Assembly: GCA_945904955.1 (NCBI GenBank)
Contig: CAMDPO010000008.1
Coordinates: forward strand, 3,177 to 67,176
DNA from: Rhizobium sp. Q54
GTDB taxonomy: Bacteria; Pseudomonadota; Alphaproteobacteria; UBA2966; CAIVPW01
DNA length: 64,000 nt
Direction: 5' to 3'
The translations under genes and the position numbers were made by a program. Below are positions 1 to 10,174 of this stretch, piece after piece (the first letter of the stretch is position 1; every line of letters begins with the position of its first letter). Below the pieces are notes generated by a model, which did not search any database, was not told the origin of the DNA, and was given only the letters and a program-made list of their open reading frames with translations.

Positions 1-1
1 T

Positions 2-481
2 TGCGCTTGGCGCGCAGGGCGCCGCCTGGCGCTGCACGGCACGCCCGTGGCGGGCGGGACGCTGCTTCTTCTGTGTGCAGACGACGACGAGATCGACATC
101 GCGCGCTGGTTGCTCGAACGCGGCGCCGACGCGAATGCACCGGCGGCCATCGATAGCGAGGGCTTCGGCGGCCACACGGCGCTGTACGGGTGCTTGGTGT
201 CGCAGCCGTATCGCAACGGGCGCACCGACCTTGGCATGGCGCGGCTATTGCTCGATCACGGCGCCAGGGTCGATGTGCGCGCCAACCTGCGCAAGCGCTT
301 GCGGTTCGTCGACGGCGAGACGATGCACGTCTACCGCGGCGTCACACCAGAGGCGTGGGGCCGGGCGTTTCATGACCAGGACTGGGTCAATCCAGCCGTG
401 ATGCAGCTCCTCGCGGAGCGCCGCTCGTGGCGACGTGCTAGCGTTGCCTGGTCGGCGCACAGGGGACGATCCCGATGCTGA
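2..481 (+). CDS. ankyrin-repeat protein (5'-partial; runs off the window start)
   Basis: The frame is open from nt 2. The translation has ankyrin-like motifs (HGTPVAGG, GHTALYGCL, LLLDHGARVDV). Its stop overlaps the next gene's ATG (ATGCTGA). Confidence 0.55.
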   Translation, partial: CAWRAGRRLALHGTPVAGGTLLLLCADDDEIDIARWLLERGADANAPAAIDSEGFGGHTALYGCLVSQPYRNGRTDLGMARLLLDHGARVDVRANLRKRLRFVDGETMHVYRGVTPEAWGRAFHDQDWVNPAVMQLLAERRSWRRASVAWSAHRGRSRC

Positions 482-2439
482 CCAGGCATAGGTTCTTGCA
501 GATTTGCGGCGGCGCAGTCGCCGGGCCGTTGCTGGGCGCGGGCGGCGCCGCATGGGCGCAAGCGATTCCGGCGGGCGCCTTCAATGTGCGCGACTTCGGC
601 GCACGCGGGGATGGCCTTGCCAACGACAGTCCCGGCATCAATGCAGCGCTCCAAGCGGCGCAGGCGAAGGGCGAAGGCGGTACCGTGTTCCTGCCCGCCG
701 GCCGCTACGTGCTGCGCGGCGTGACCCAGGCGCGGCCGCGACCCATCTACACCCGCGTCGAGGACGGCATCGACCTGACGCGGGTAGCGCCGCAGGTGCG
801 CGCCCACGTCTTCCTCACCGGCCTATCGCGCCTCTCCCTGATCGGCGAGCGCGGCACTGTTCTGGTGTTGCGCGACGCTACCGCGTGCGGCATCTACCTC
901 GAGCGCTGCACCGACGTCGTGGTCCGCGACGTCACTCTCGACTTCGAGCCCCTGCCCTTTTCCCAGGGCACCGTGGTGGCGATCGACGCCAGCAATCGCA
1001 CCTTCGACTGGAAGGTCGATACCGGCTACCTGGAACCGCCGCAGGGGTACCTGGCGCTGGCGTTCGAGCCGGTCGGCGACACCAGCCGCGGTCTCGGCAC
1101 GGGTTCGGTCTTCCAGGCAGACGGCTCGCTCAAGGGGAGCGCCGGCGCCTCGGGCGACCTGCCGTTGGAACGCATGCAGGAACGGGGCGGCGGCATCTAC
1201 CGCACCGTGAGCGTCGCGCCACTCGGCGCCCTAGCGGCCGGCGATCGATTCGCCTGGCCGGCGCGGCCGCCCAACGGTGGCAGCGCCGTGGCGCTTTCGC
1301 TCAGCAGCCGCTGCCGCATGGAGAACGTCACGGTGCACAGCTCGCCGGCGACCGCGTTCGTCGCCAACGACTGCGAGGCGATCACGTTTCGCGGCTGCGT
1401 CGTCGAGCGGCCGGCCGGCAGCGACCGGCTGTTCGCCGCGAACGGTGGCGCGGTGCTGGTCAAAGGCAACGGGGGCGGACCGACCATCGAGCGCTGCCGC
1501 TTTCAGCACGTCGGCGACGACGCGGTGAACATCACGCAAACCGGACAGCGCCTGCTCGCCGTGGTGAGCCCGACCGAGCTCATCGTCGACTTCGACGCGT
1601 CGCAGCTGTTCCGCGAAGGCAATCGCATCGCCGTGCTGTCCCAGGCCAACGGACGCACGCGCGGCGACGCGCGCGTGCGCGAGGCGGCGCTCGTGCGCTT
1701 CCGCGACGGCCGCCTGGCGCGGCGCCTCGTGCTCGACCGCGCCGTCAACAGCCTGGTGGCGGTCGACGACCTCGACCTGCCCGAGATTCCGCCGTTGGCC
1801 GAGGGGCGTGACCGCACGACTCCTTTGGCGAAGCGGCCCGACATCGTCGCGGATGTGGACCTGCTGGGCAGCGGCTTCGTTGTCCGCGACACGACGTTCG
1901 CGAATCATCGCGCCAGCGGTATTCGGACCTGCGCGAGCGATGGGACGATCGAGAACTGCCGGTTCACGAACCTCGCCGGCCACGGCGTCCAGATCGGCAT
2001 GGATCTGAGCTGGCCCGAGGTCTACCACCCGCAACGCCTGACCCTGCGGCGCAACACCTTCACCGGGATCGCCAACGGCGCCAACGTGTGGCTGCGCACG
2101 TTGCTCGGCAACGGCGAACAGGCGGAGGGCTTGGCGAACCAGAACGTCACGATCGAGGACAACACGTTCACAGGTTTCGGCGCGCGCGCGGGCGGGATCG
2201 CCATCGCGGCGGTGACGGTGAGCAACGGTCAGGACGTACGCATTCGTGGCAACACCTTCGGGGCGCCCGACCCGGCACAAACGCCGGCGCCGCGCGCGGT
2301 GCGCGTGGACTTCGCCCGGGATGTGGTCGTGGAGAACAACGCGGCGGTGCAGCGCGATCGCACGATCGACCCGTTTCAGGTCACGGCACGGGCCGATCGC
2401 GCCACGGTGCGGGTGCAGCGCAACCGGCTGACGCGCTAG
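475..2439 (+). CDS. secreted right-handed beta-helix protein (pectate-lyase superfamily, Pectate_lyase_3/GH28-like)
   Basis: N-terminal signal peptide with a Tat-like TRHRFLQ motif and an AWA/QA cleavage site. The motif NVRDFGARGDGLANDSPGINAALQAA matches the N-terminal signature of the pectate-lyase superfamily. Later sequence repeats short beta-helix (PbH1-like) segments. Confidence 0.6.
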   Translation: MLTRHRFLQICGGAVAGPLLGAGGAAWAQAIPAGAFNVRDFGARGDGLANDSPGINAALQAAQAKGEGGTVFLPAGRYVLRGVTQARPRPIYTRVEDGIDLTRVAPQVRAHVFLTGLSRLSLIGERGTVLVLRDATACGIYLERCTDVVVRDVTLDFEPLPFSQGTVVAIDASNRTFDWKVDTGYLEPPQGYLALAFEPVGDTSRGLGTGSVFQADGSLKGSAGASGDLPLERMQERGGGIYRTVSVAPLGALAAGDRFAWPARPPNGGSAVALSLSSRCRMENVTVHSSPATAFVANDCEAITFRGCVVERPAGSDRLFAANGGAVLVKGNGGGPTIERCRFQHVGDDAVNITQTGQRLLAVVSPTELIVDFDASQLFREGNRIAVLSQANGRTRGDARVREAALVRFRDGRLARRLVLDRAVNSLVAVDDLDLPEIPPLAEGRDRTTPLAKRPDIVADVDLLGSGFVVRDTTFANHRASGIRTCASDGTIENCRFTNLAGHGVQIGMDLSWPEVYHPQRLTLRRNTFTGIANGANVWLRTLLGNGEQAEGLANQNVTIEDNTFTGFGARAGGIAIAAVTVSNGQDVRIRGNTFGAPDPAQTPAPRAVRVDFARDVVVENNAAVQRDRTIDPFQVTARADRATVRVQRNRLTR

Positions 2440-3011
2440 GCGGCCAGCACGCGCTCCGCGCCTTCCAGGTCGGCGCGGCAATTCATGTTGAGGAACGGGT
2501 CGCCGTTCCGCGTGGAGAAGTCCACGACAGCCATTTCGCAGCGTCCCAGAAACCGCATCACCGAACGCTCGCCGGTGGGATCTTCCAACGTCGCGCGCAG
2601 TGCGGTTGCCACGCGCGTCGACCAGATCGCACAGACGGGGTGGACGCGATCGTTGGTGCGCGCGACGGCAACGTCGGCGCAGGCATCCGCCAAGCGAGAT
2701 ACGACATCCAGCGGAAGGAACGGCGTGTCGCACGGGAACGTCGCGACCGTGGCGTGACCGAGGCGCATCGCCCATTCGAGCGCCGCGAGGATTCCGGCCA
2801 GCGGCCCCTGGAAATCTCCAATTGGATCAGCTAGTTGAGGAAACGGCGCGGGCAACGCGACGTTGGTTGAAATGGCGAGATCGTCCACCTGCGGCGCTAC
2901 CCGCGCGACGACGCGATCGAGCAGCGCAACGCCCTGGAGGGGCACCAAAGCTTTGGACGTGCCCATGCGGCGCGAGCGGCCCCCGGCCAGGATGACTCCG
3001 GCGCGCGTCAC
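2436..3011 (-). CDS. mobA: molybdenum cofactor guanylyltransferase (MobA-like)
   Basis: The N-terminal motif VILAGGRSRRMGTSKALVPL matches the MobA LAGGxxxRMG signature. Its GTG start overlaps the nasA TGA stop (GTGA), which suggests translational coupling to the nitrate reductase gene. Confidence 0.6.
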   Translation of the reverse strand: MTRAGVILAGGRSRRMGTSKALVPLQGVALLDRVVARVAPQVDDLAISTNVALPAPFPQLADPIGDFQGPLAGILAALEWAMRLGHATVATFPCDTPFLPLDVVSRLADACADVAVARTNDRVHPVCAIWSTRVATALRATLEDPTGERSVMRFLGRCEMAVVDFSTRNGDPFLNMNCRADLEGAERVLAA

Positions 3012-5662
3012 GCGGGCACCTGGGCGCGATTCTCGGCAACGAGTGTTTTGAGCTCGGGAATGCACGAACCGCAGTTCGTGCCGGCTTGCAGCAAGCGACC
3101 GATGCTGGGCACGTCCACCGCAGCCTTGCTGCGCAAGGCGGCGACGATGCCGTTGATGCCCACGGAGAAGCAGGAGCAGACGACGCGGCCACGCTCCTCG
3201 GTCGCACCGGCGGCGCGACCGCTCAACAAGGTCGGCCGCTCATCCGCTGCGATTGCGACCGGCGAGGCAAAGCGCTCCAGCATCCATTCGCGCGGCGGCA
3301 ACGAACCCGGTGGGCCGGCAAACAAGCACCCGTGCACGACCCCGTCGGCGATGTGCGCAATGCGCAGCGCACCGCGACGGGGATCGAAGCTCTCGATGAT
3401 GTCGTCCCGTTCGGATGCGGCAAGCAAGGCGCGCCATTGCGTCGCTGCGTCCGCACTGGTGTCGGCGAGCTCGTAGAGGTAGCCGCCGTCGACCTTGGCC
3501 CGCGTCCAGTAGAGGACGTCGCGCGGCCGGAAGCGTTCGCGCACCAAGAGGAACCCGACCGCCGCCACCGCGATGGGCGCAACATCGACGGGCGTGTGCT
3601 TCAGCTCCGGCTGACCGGAATGGGCGTCGGTGGCGGGATTCACGAGCCGCCCGGCGACGCAGTCGGCCGAGAATGCATCGCTCCAGTGCATGGGCAGAAA
3701 GACGCTGCCCGGCGCCTGGTCGAGGGTGGTGCGCGCGCGGGCGATCGCCGTGCCCCAGGCGCTGGCGACGCGCACCAAGCCACCGGGGACCAGTCCGTGC
3801 ACATTGGCATCAGCCGGGTGCACGTCGAGGCAAGGCTCGGGCGCGTGGCGCGACAGGCGCGCGACGCGTCCGCTCTGGGACATGGTGTGCCACTGGTCGC
3901 GCAGCCGGCCGGTGTTGAGGCACAGCGGACGCTCGGGCGTCGTGGCGTATGCCGGCGCGATCTGTTCGGTGGCGACGAAGCGTCCGCGGCCGTCGGGTGT
4001 GGGGAAGTGGCCGTCGGCGAGGAGCCGCTTGGACTCGCCCGGAATGGGCCACTGCACGGGACGGAGAGACTCGTACTCGCCCGCCGCGATGTCGGCGAGG
4101 CCGCCGAGGTTGAACAAGCGCTCGCCGGAGTTCTCGAACGCAGAGAGGCGGGCGTGCTCGCGGAAGATTTCGACCGGTGTTTGATAGGGGAACGCAGAGG
4201 CGAAGCCCATGCGCCGGCCGACCTCGGCGAACATCCACCAGTCGGCGCGCGCCTCGCCGGGTGGCGCGCGGAAGGCGCGCTGGCGCGAGATGCGGCGCTC
4301 AGAGTTTGTGACGGTGCCGCTCTTCTCGCCCCACGCGGCGGCGGGCAGCAGCACGTGGGCGAACGCCGCGGTGTCGGTCTCGGCGACGCAATCGGAGACG
4401 ACGACCAGCGGGCAGCGCCCCAAGGCTTCGCGCACGCGTCCGGCATTCGGCATGCTGACCGCCGGATTGGTGGCGGCGATCCAGATGGCGCGGATGTCGC
4501 CCTTGTGGACTGCCTCGAACATGTCGATGGCCTTCGGGCCTGCTTTCGTCGCTATGCGGGGCGCGTCCCAGAAGCGCCGCACGCGGTCGATCGCGGCTGC
4601 ATCGTCGAACGACATGTGGGCGGCGAGCTGATTGGCGAGCCCGCCGACCTCGCGGCCGCCCATGGCGTTCGGCTGGCCGGTCAGAGAGAACGGTCCGGCG
4701 CCGGGCTTGCCGATGCGCCCGGTCGCCAAATGGCAGTTGAGGATTGCGTTGACCTTGTCGGTGCCGCGCGAGGACTGGTTGACGCCCTGGGAGTAGGCGC
4801 TGACCGTGCGCGGCGTGGCGGCAAACCACCGGAAGAACTGCTCGACGTCGGCGCGGGCGATCTGACACCCAGCTGCAACGGCCTCGATGTCGGGGGCGTC
4901 GGCCCGCGCGGCGGCAAGTGACGTGGCAAAACCGGTGGTGTGCGCGGCCACGTAGGCGTCATCGATCGCGCCGTGATCGGCCAGGTAGACCAGGAGGCCG
5001 TTCCAGAGAAGCACATCCGTGCCGGGCGCAATCGCCAGGTGCAGGGTGGCGTCGGCGCAGGTCGCGGTCTTGCGCGGGTCGATGACGACGACCTTGGTGC
5101 CATGCTCGGCCGCCGCGGCCGTCAGGCGGTGATAGAGGATCGGGTGGCACCAAGCGGTGTTCGCGCCGACCAGGACGACCAGGTCGGCGAGTTCGAGGTC
5201 CTCGTAGCAGCCGGGCACGATGTCCTCGCCGAACGCGCGGCGGTGGCCCGCGACACTCGACGCCATGCAGAGGCGCGAGTTGGTGTCGATGGCCGCCGAG
5301 CCGAGGAAGCCCTTCATCAGCTTGTTGGCGACGTAGTAGTCCTCGGTCAGAAGCTGGCCAGACACATAGAACGCCACGGAGCCGGGGCCGTACCGCTCGA
5401 TCGTTTCTTGAAACTGGCGCGCGACCAGATCGAGGGCGGCGTCCCAGCTCGCGCGCGCGCCATGCACCATCGGGTACAAGAGGCGGCCATCGAGGCCCAG
5501 CGTGTCGCCGAGGGCCGACCCTTTGGAGCAGAGCTTGCCGAAGTTCGCCGGGTGCGCGACGTCGCCCGAGACGGCGCTGGCCGCGTCGACGCGCACGCCA
5601 CAGCCAACCCCGCAGTACGGACAGGTGGTCAGCGTCGCGCCCTCGCGCGACGCATCGGTCAC
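3008..5662 (-). CDS. nasA: assimilatory nitrate reductase catalytic subunit (molybdopterin oxidoreductase)
   Basis: N-terminal 4Fe-4S motif TCPYCGVGCG and molybdopterin-oxidoreductase motifs throughout. A C-terminal BFD-like [2Fe-2S] motif is present (CSCF...CGSCIPEL). The GTG start overlaps the nirD stop (GTGA). Confidence 0.85.
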   Translation of the reverse strand: MTDASREGATLTTCPYCGVGCGVRVDAASAVSGDVAHPANFGKLCSKGSALGDTLGLDGRLLYPMVHGARASWDAALDLVARQFQETIERYGPGSVAFYVSGQLLTEDYYVANKLMKGFLGSAAIDTNSRLCMASSVAGHRRAFGEDIVPGCYEDLELADLVVLVGANTAWCHPILYHRLTAAAAEHGTKVVVIDPRKTATCADATLHLAIAPGTDVLLWNGLLVYLADHGAIDDAYVAAHTTGFATSLAAARADAPDIEAVAAGCQIARADVEQFFRWFAATPRTVSAYSQGVNQSSRGTDKVNAILNCHLATGRIGKPGAGPFSLTGQPNAMGGREVGGLANQLAAHMSFDDAAAIDRVRRFWDAPRIATKAGPKAIDMFEAVHKGDIRAIWIAATNPAVSMPNAGRVREALGRCPLVVVSDCVAETDTAAFAHVLLPAAAWGEKSGTVTNSERRISRQRAFRAPPGEARADWWMFAEVGRRMGFASAFPYQTPVEIFREHARLSAFENSGERLFNLGGLADIAAGEYESLRPVQWPIPGESKRLLADGHFPTPDGRGRFVATEQIAPAYATTPERPLCLNTGRLRDQWHTMSQSGRVARLSRHAPEPCLDVHPADANVHGLVPGGLVRVASAWGTAIARARTTLDQAPGSVFLPMHWSDAFSADCVAGRLVNPATDAHSGQPELKHTPVDVAPIAVAAVGFLLVRERFRPRDVLYWTRAKVDGGYLYELADTSADAATQWRALLAASERDDIIESFDPRRGALRIAHIADGVVHGCLFAGPPGSLPPREWMLERFASPVAIAADERPTLLSGRAAGATEERGRVVCSCFSVGINGIVAALRSKAAVDVPSIGRLLQAGTNCGSCIPELKTLVAENRAQVPA

Positions 5663-6006
5663 CGGAGCTCGGACAACGACAGCCAGATGCGGCCGTCGCG
5701 GACTTCTGCCGCCACGGTCGGCACGCTGCCCTCGTCCGCTCCTTCGGCCTTGCCGGTGCCGAGGTTGATGACCCAGTTGTGCAGGGGACACGTCACCGAC
5801 GTGCCGTGGACAATGCCCTGGGACAGCGGCCCACCTTTGTGGGGGCAGCGGTCGTGCAGGGCGAAGATGGTGTCTTCAGAGGTGCGGAATACCGCGACGC
5901 AGCCGGCCGGCGTCTTGACGACGCGGGCGCCGCGCAGGGGAACGTCCGTCACCGCACCGACGTCGCGCCAAACGGCCGCGGGCCGCACCAGCGCGTGGGC
6001 GTTCAT
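5659..6006 (-). CDS. nirD: nitrite reductase small subunit (Rieske-type)
   Basis: 115 aa with the Rieske motif CPHKGGPLS...CPLH. Its start shares an ATGA overlap with the nirB stop. Confidence 0.85.
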   Translation of the reverse strand: MNAHALVRPAAVWRDVGAVTDVPLRGARVVKTPAGCVAVFRTSEDTIFALHDRCPHKGGPLSQGIVHGTSVTCPLHNWVINLGTGKAEGADEGSVPTVAAEVRDGRIWLSLSELR

Positions 6007-8465
6007 TCCGCCGCCTGAAGCGGCGTGAGATCGGCCAGGGGCCGGAACTCGTGGGCGTCTTTGCCCGCCGCGCGCTGGGCCCAGGGGTCTTCCTGGGAGA
6101 ACTTCTGTGCGTAGACGAAGCGCTCGAACAGAGCCTTACGCCGCTCGACGTCTTCCATGATCTGCTTGCGGATCGTGTCGATGCCGACGCGGGCGGCCCA
6201 CTTGTAGATGCGCTCCAGGTAGCGACCCTGCTCTCGATAGAGCTGCACCAGCGCAACGATGACTTCGAGCGCGTCATCCTGGGTGGCGACGTGGCCGAGC
6301 GCCTCGGTGCCCTTGATGTCGAGGCCTGCGGCACCCGCGAACACGATGTCGTAGCCGGAGTCGACGCAGATGACGCCGACGTCCTTGCAGGTCGCCTCAG
6401 CGCAATTGCGCGGGCAGCCCGACACGGCCATCTTCACCTTGGCGGGCGTCCACGAGCCCCACATGAACTTCTCGATGCGCACGCCAAGGCCGGTCGAATC
6501 CTGCGTGCCGAAGCGGCACCATTCCTTGCCGACACACGTCTTCACCGTGCGCAGCGCCTTGCCGTAGGCGTGCCCGGAGACGAGCCCGGCGGCGTTGAGA
6601 TCGGACCACACCGCGGGCAGGTCTTCTTTCTTGATGCCGAGCATGTCGATGCGCTGGCCGCCGGTCACTTTCACCGCGGGGATGGCGAACTTGTCGACCA
6701 CGTCGGCGATGGCGCGCAGCTCGTTGGCGGTCGTCATGCCGCCCCACATGCGCGGCACCACCGAATAGGTGCCATCGCGCTGGATGTTGGCGTGGACGCG
6801 CTCGTTGATGTAGCGCGACTGGTTGTCATCGACGTATTCGCCGGGCCAGGTGGCGAGCAGGTAGTAGTTCAGCGCCGGGCGGCACTTGGCGCAGCCGCCG
6901 GAGCTCTTCCATTCCAGCGACTGCATCAGCGCCGGAATCGACTTCAGCTCCTTGGCGACGATGAGGCGGCGAACATCGTCGTGGCTGAGCGTCGTGCAGG
7001 TGCACATCGCCTGGGAGGCGCTTGGGTGATACGCGTCACCCAGCTGCAAGTGCAGCAACTTTTCGACCAGGCCCGTGCAGGTGCCGCAGCTCGCCGATGC
7101 CTTGGTGTGGGCGCGCACCTCGGCAAGCGACTTGAGCTTCTTGTCGGTGATCGCCTTGCAGATCTTGCCCTTGGGGATGCCGTTGCAGCCGCAGATCTCG
7201 GCGTCGTCGGCGAGGGCTGCAACGGCGGCGCTAGGGTCCATGGCGGCGCCCGCCTGCACCGTCGGTCCGAAGATGAGGGTGTCACGCATCGCGGTGATGT
7301 CGGTGCCGCGGCGCAGCAAGTCGAAGAACCAGGCGCCGTCGGCGACATCGCCGTACAGGACGATACCGATGACCTTGTTGTCCTTGAGCACGATGCGCTC
7401 GTAGACGCCGCGCGCCGCGTCGCGGAACACGACTTCCTCGCGGTCGGCGCCATCGGCGAAGTCGCCGGCCGAGAACAGGTGGATGCCGGTGACCTTGAGC
7501 TTGGTGGCGGTGGCGCTCGGCGCGAAGGCCGCGCCTTTGTCGCCACTGAGTTGCGCCGCAACGACGTTGGCCATCTCGTAGAGGGGTGCGACAAGTCCGT
7601 ATGCCTGGCCGAACGCCTCGGCGCATTCGCCCACGGCGAAGACGTCCGGATCGGAGGTGTGCATCGTCGCGTCGACGACGATGCCGCGATTGACGGTGAT
7701 GCCCGCGTCCTTGGCCAGTGCGGCGTTGGGGCGGATACCGACGGCCATGACGACAAGATCGGCCGGAATCTCGGTGCCGTCTTCGAGGAGCACCGCGCAC
7801 ACGCGCTTCTCGCCCAGGATGGCCTTGGTGTTGGCCTTGGTCACGACGTTGATGCCGCGCGATTCGATCGCCTTGCGCAGCAGGTGTCCGGCAGTCGGGT
7901 CGAGCTGGCGTTCCATCAGAGTCGGCATCAGATGCACGACGGTGACGTTCATGCCCTGGTCGCGCAGACCGGCCGCCGCTTCGAGTCCGAGCAGGCCGCC
8001 GCCGATGACCACGGCGTTGCCGCGCGATTTCGCCACCAGCAGCATGGCGTGGACGTCGTCGAGGTCGCGGTAGGTCAGCACGCCGGCGAGGTTGTGGCCG
8101 GGCACCGGGATGATGATCGGCTGCGAGCCGGTAGCGATGATGAGCTTATCGTATTCGGCGGTGGTGCCGTTCTCGGCCGTCACCGTGCGGGCGGCACGAT
8201 CGATCTTCACCACCTTCATGCCCTTGTAGAGCATGACGTTGTGCTCGATGTACCAGCCGTCGCCGTGGATGACGATCTCGTCGAACGTCTTCTCGCCGGC
8301 GAGCACCGGCGACAGCATGATGCGGTCGTAGTTGACGCGCGGCTCGGCGTTGAAAATCGTCACGGCGTAGATGCCGGGCGACGTCTCAAACAGGCGCTCG
8401 AGCGCGCGGCCCGGCGCCATGCCGTTGCCGATGACGACCAGCCGCTGGAGCGTGGCTGCGCTCAT
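6003..8465 (-). CDS. nirB: NAD(P)H-dependent assimilatory nitrite reductase large subunit
   Basis: 820 aa. N-terminal FAD/NAD Rossmann motif (VVIGNGMAPG), BFD-like 2Fe-2S cysteines, and a sirohaem/4Fe-4S nitrite/sulfite reductase domain with CxxxxxC...CxxxC motifs. Confidence 0.9.
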   Translation of the reverse strand: MSAATLQRLVVIGNGMAPGRALERLFETSPGIYAVTIFNAEPRVNYDRIMLSPVLAGEKTFDEIVIHGDGWYIEHNVMLYKGMKVVKIDRAARTVTAENGTTAEYDKLIIATGSQPIIIPVPGHNLAGVLTYRDLDDVHAMLLVAKSRGNAVVIGGGLLGLEAAAGLRDQGMNVTVVHLMPTLMERQLDPTAGHLLRKAIESRGINVVTKANTKAILGEKRVCAVLLEDGTEIPADLVVMAVGIRPNAALAKDAGITVNRGIVVDATMHTSDPDVFAVGECAEAFGQAYGLVAPLYEMANVVAAQLSGDKGAAFAPSATATKLKVTGIHLFSAGDFADGADREEVVFRDAARGVYERIVLKDNKVIGIVLYGDVADGAWFFDLLRRGTDITAMRDTLIFGPTVQAGAAMDPSAAVAALADDAEICGCNGIPKGKICKAITDKKLKSLAEVRAHTKASASCGTCTGLVEKLLHLQLGDAYHPSASQAMCTCTTLSHDDVRRLIVAKELKSIPALMQSLEWKSSGGCAKCRPALNYYLLATWPGEYVDDNQSRYINERVHANIQRDGTYSVVPRMWGGMTTANELRAIADVVDKFAIPAVKVTGGQRIDMLGIKKEDLPAVWSDLNAAGLVSGHAYGKALRTVKTCVGKEWCRFGTQDSTGLGVRIEKFMWGSWTPAKVKMAVSGCPRNCAEATCKDVGVICVDSGYDIVFAGAAGLDIKGTEALGHVATQDDALEVIVALVQLYREQGRYLERIYKWAARVGIDTIRKQIMEDVERRKALFERFVYAQKFSQEDPWAQRAAGKDAHEFRPLADLTPLQAAE

Positions 8466-8467
8466 GA

Positions 8468-9253
8468 CTAGGCTGCGACCGGGTGGCGGTGACGCTCGTA
8501 CAGGAAGCGCAGCACGCGAGTGCGAGCGCTCAGGTACGCCGAGCTGTCCGTCATACCGAGGCGGTCGCGCGGACGCGGCAGCGAGACATCGAGCACCTCG
8601 CCGATCATGGCGTTCGGCCCGTTGGTCATCATGACGATGCGGTCCGACAACAGCACGGCCTCGTCCACATCATGGGTGATCATGATGACGGTGTTGCCGA
8701 GGCGCGCGGCGATCTCCTGCACGGTGTCCTGCAGCTGGGCGCGGGTGAGCGCGTCGAGCGCGCCGAACGGCTCGTCGAGCAGCAGCACCTTCGGCTCCAT
8801 GGCGAGCGCACGGGCGATGCCGACGCGCTGCTTCATGCCGCCGGAAATCTCCGCCGGTCTCTTATGGTGCTCGTGCGCCATGTGCACGAGCTGCAGGTGA
8901 TGCATGGTCCAGTCGTGGCGCTCGGCGCGCGACTTGGTCGGGCCGAACACCTTGTCCACGGCGAGCTTCACGTTGCCATAGACCGTGAGCCACGGCAGCA
9001 GCGAGTGGTTCTGGAACACCACCGCGCGGTCGGGGCCCGGCTCATCGACCTGGCGCCCTTCGAGGAACACGCCGCCGTTGGTCGGCTTGGTCAGGCCGGC
9101 GACGATGTTGAGCAACGTCGACTTGCCGCAGCCGGAGTGGCCGATGATCGAGACGAATTCGCCCTTGTTGATGGTGAGCGAGACGCCCTTCAGCACGAGC
9201 GTACCGGGCGTGAACGCCTTGTCGATGTGGTCGATCTGCAGATAGGGGGTCAT
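8468..9253 (-). CDS. nasD: nitrate ABC transporter ATP-binding protein
   Basis: Walker A (GHSGCGKST), ABC signature (SGGMKQRV) and Walker B (LLLDEPF) motifs. It sits between the nitrate-transporter permease gene and nirB. Confidence 0.8.
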   Translation of the reverse strand: MTPYLQIDHIDKAFTPGTLVLKGVSLTINKGEFVSIIGHSGCGKSTLLNIVAGLTKPTNGGVFLEGRQVDEPGPDRAVVFQNHSLLPWLTVYGNVKLAVDKVFGPTKSRAERHDWTMHHLQLVHMAHEHHKRPAEISGGMKQRVGIARALAMEPKVLLLDEPFGALDALTRAQLQDTVQEIAARLGNTVIMITHDVDEAVLLSDRIVMMTNGPNAMIGEVLDVSLPRPRDRLGMTDSSAYLSARTRVLRFLYERHRHPVAA

Positions 9254-9266
9254 GGCGGTTCCTTGC

Positions 9267-10172
9267 TCAGCCCTTGGCCGTGCCGCGCGTGGCGAAGTGG
9301 CCGAGCATTGCGACGATGCGGTCGAGCGCGAACCCGACGACGCCGATGTAGACGAGGGCGACGATAATGTCGGACAGGCGTGACGAGTTCCACGCGTCCC
9401 AGATGAAGAAGCCGATGCCGACGCCGCCGGTCAGCATCTCGGCTGCGACGATGCCAAGCCAGGCGAGACCGACGCCGATGCGCAGGCCGGTGAAGATGTA
9501 CGGCGCCGCCGCCGGCACCATGATCTTCCAGAAGTACTCGACGTGGTTGAGGCGCAACACCAGCGCGACGTTGCGGTAGTCCTGGGGGATGTTGCGGATA
9601 CCGACGGCCGTATTGATGATGATCGGCCAGATCGCCGTGATGAAGATGACGAACATCGCCGCCGGGTGACTGTCCTGGAACGCCGCCAGCGCGATCGGCA
9701 GCCACGCCAACGGCGGCACGGTGCGCAGTACCTGGAACAGCGGATCGAGCGCGCGCATCGCCCAGGTCGAAGACCCGACGATCGTGCCGAGAGCGATACC
9801 AAAGACCGTGGCGATCGAGAAGCCGAAGGCGACGCGCTGCAGCGACGTGAGCAGGCGCCAGCCGAGGCCAATATCTTGCGGCCCGTAGACGAACCACGGG
9901 TCGAGGATGAGCTCCTTCGCCTCGGCCCAAACCGTGCTCGGTCCGGGCATGGAGGCGTCGGGCCCCATGCACAACAACTCCCACACCGCGAGGGCGAGGG
10001 CGAGGCCAAGCAACGGCGGGACCGTACGCGCCGCGATACCCGGCAGTGCCGGCAGGATATGGCGGCGGAGGAAGCTCCGCCGCGCCACACCGAGCTGTAC
10101 TACGGCGGCGCTGCCCTCGGCCGGAGCAATCTGCTCCGGCGCGGGGCGAGCCGCGAAAGCGGGCTGCGACAT
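9267..10172 (-). CDS. nasE: nitrate ABC transporter permease
   Basis: Multi-pass membrane protein with an ABC-permease EAA-like loop. I chose the start at MSQPAF (the longer ORF reaches 10256). It lies 2 nt downstream of nasF. Confidence 0.7.
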   Translation of the reverse strand: MSQPAFAARPAPEQIAPAEGSAAVVQLGVARRSFLRRHILPALPGIAARTVPPLLGLALALAVWELLCMGPDASMPGPSTVWAEAKELILDPWFVYGPQDIGLGWRLLTSLQRVAFGFSIATVFGIALGTIVGSSTWAMRALDPLFQVLRTVPPLAWLPIALAAFQDSHPAAMFVIFITAIWPIIINTAVGIRNIPQDYRNVALVLRLNHVEYFWKIMVPAAAPYIFTGLRIGVGLAWLGIVAAEMLTGGVGIGFFIWDAWNSSRLSDIIVALVYIGVVGFALDRIVAMLGHFATRGTAKG

Positions 10173-10174
10173 GG

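Noticed and set aside
475-560. Twin-arginine (Tat) signal on the beta-helix protein
   Set aside because: The motif is T-R-H-R-F-L-Q, not RR. I treat it as a generic signal peptide; Tat export is unproven.
504-1811. Long Arg-rich ORFs overlapping real genes in other frames or strands (e.g. 504..1811 +, 1231..2775 -, 3086..4921 +, 6051..8471 +, 17753..19495 -, 19586..20935 -, 36134..38080 -, 41790..43238 -, 49598..51028 +, 21449..22711 -, 39100..40389 +)
   Set aside because: They have extreme Arg/Ala/Gly composition and no recognisable domains. Each overlaps a gene with clear family signatures and high GC3. They are the typical open-frame artefacts of high-GC DNA.
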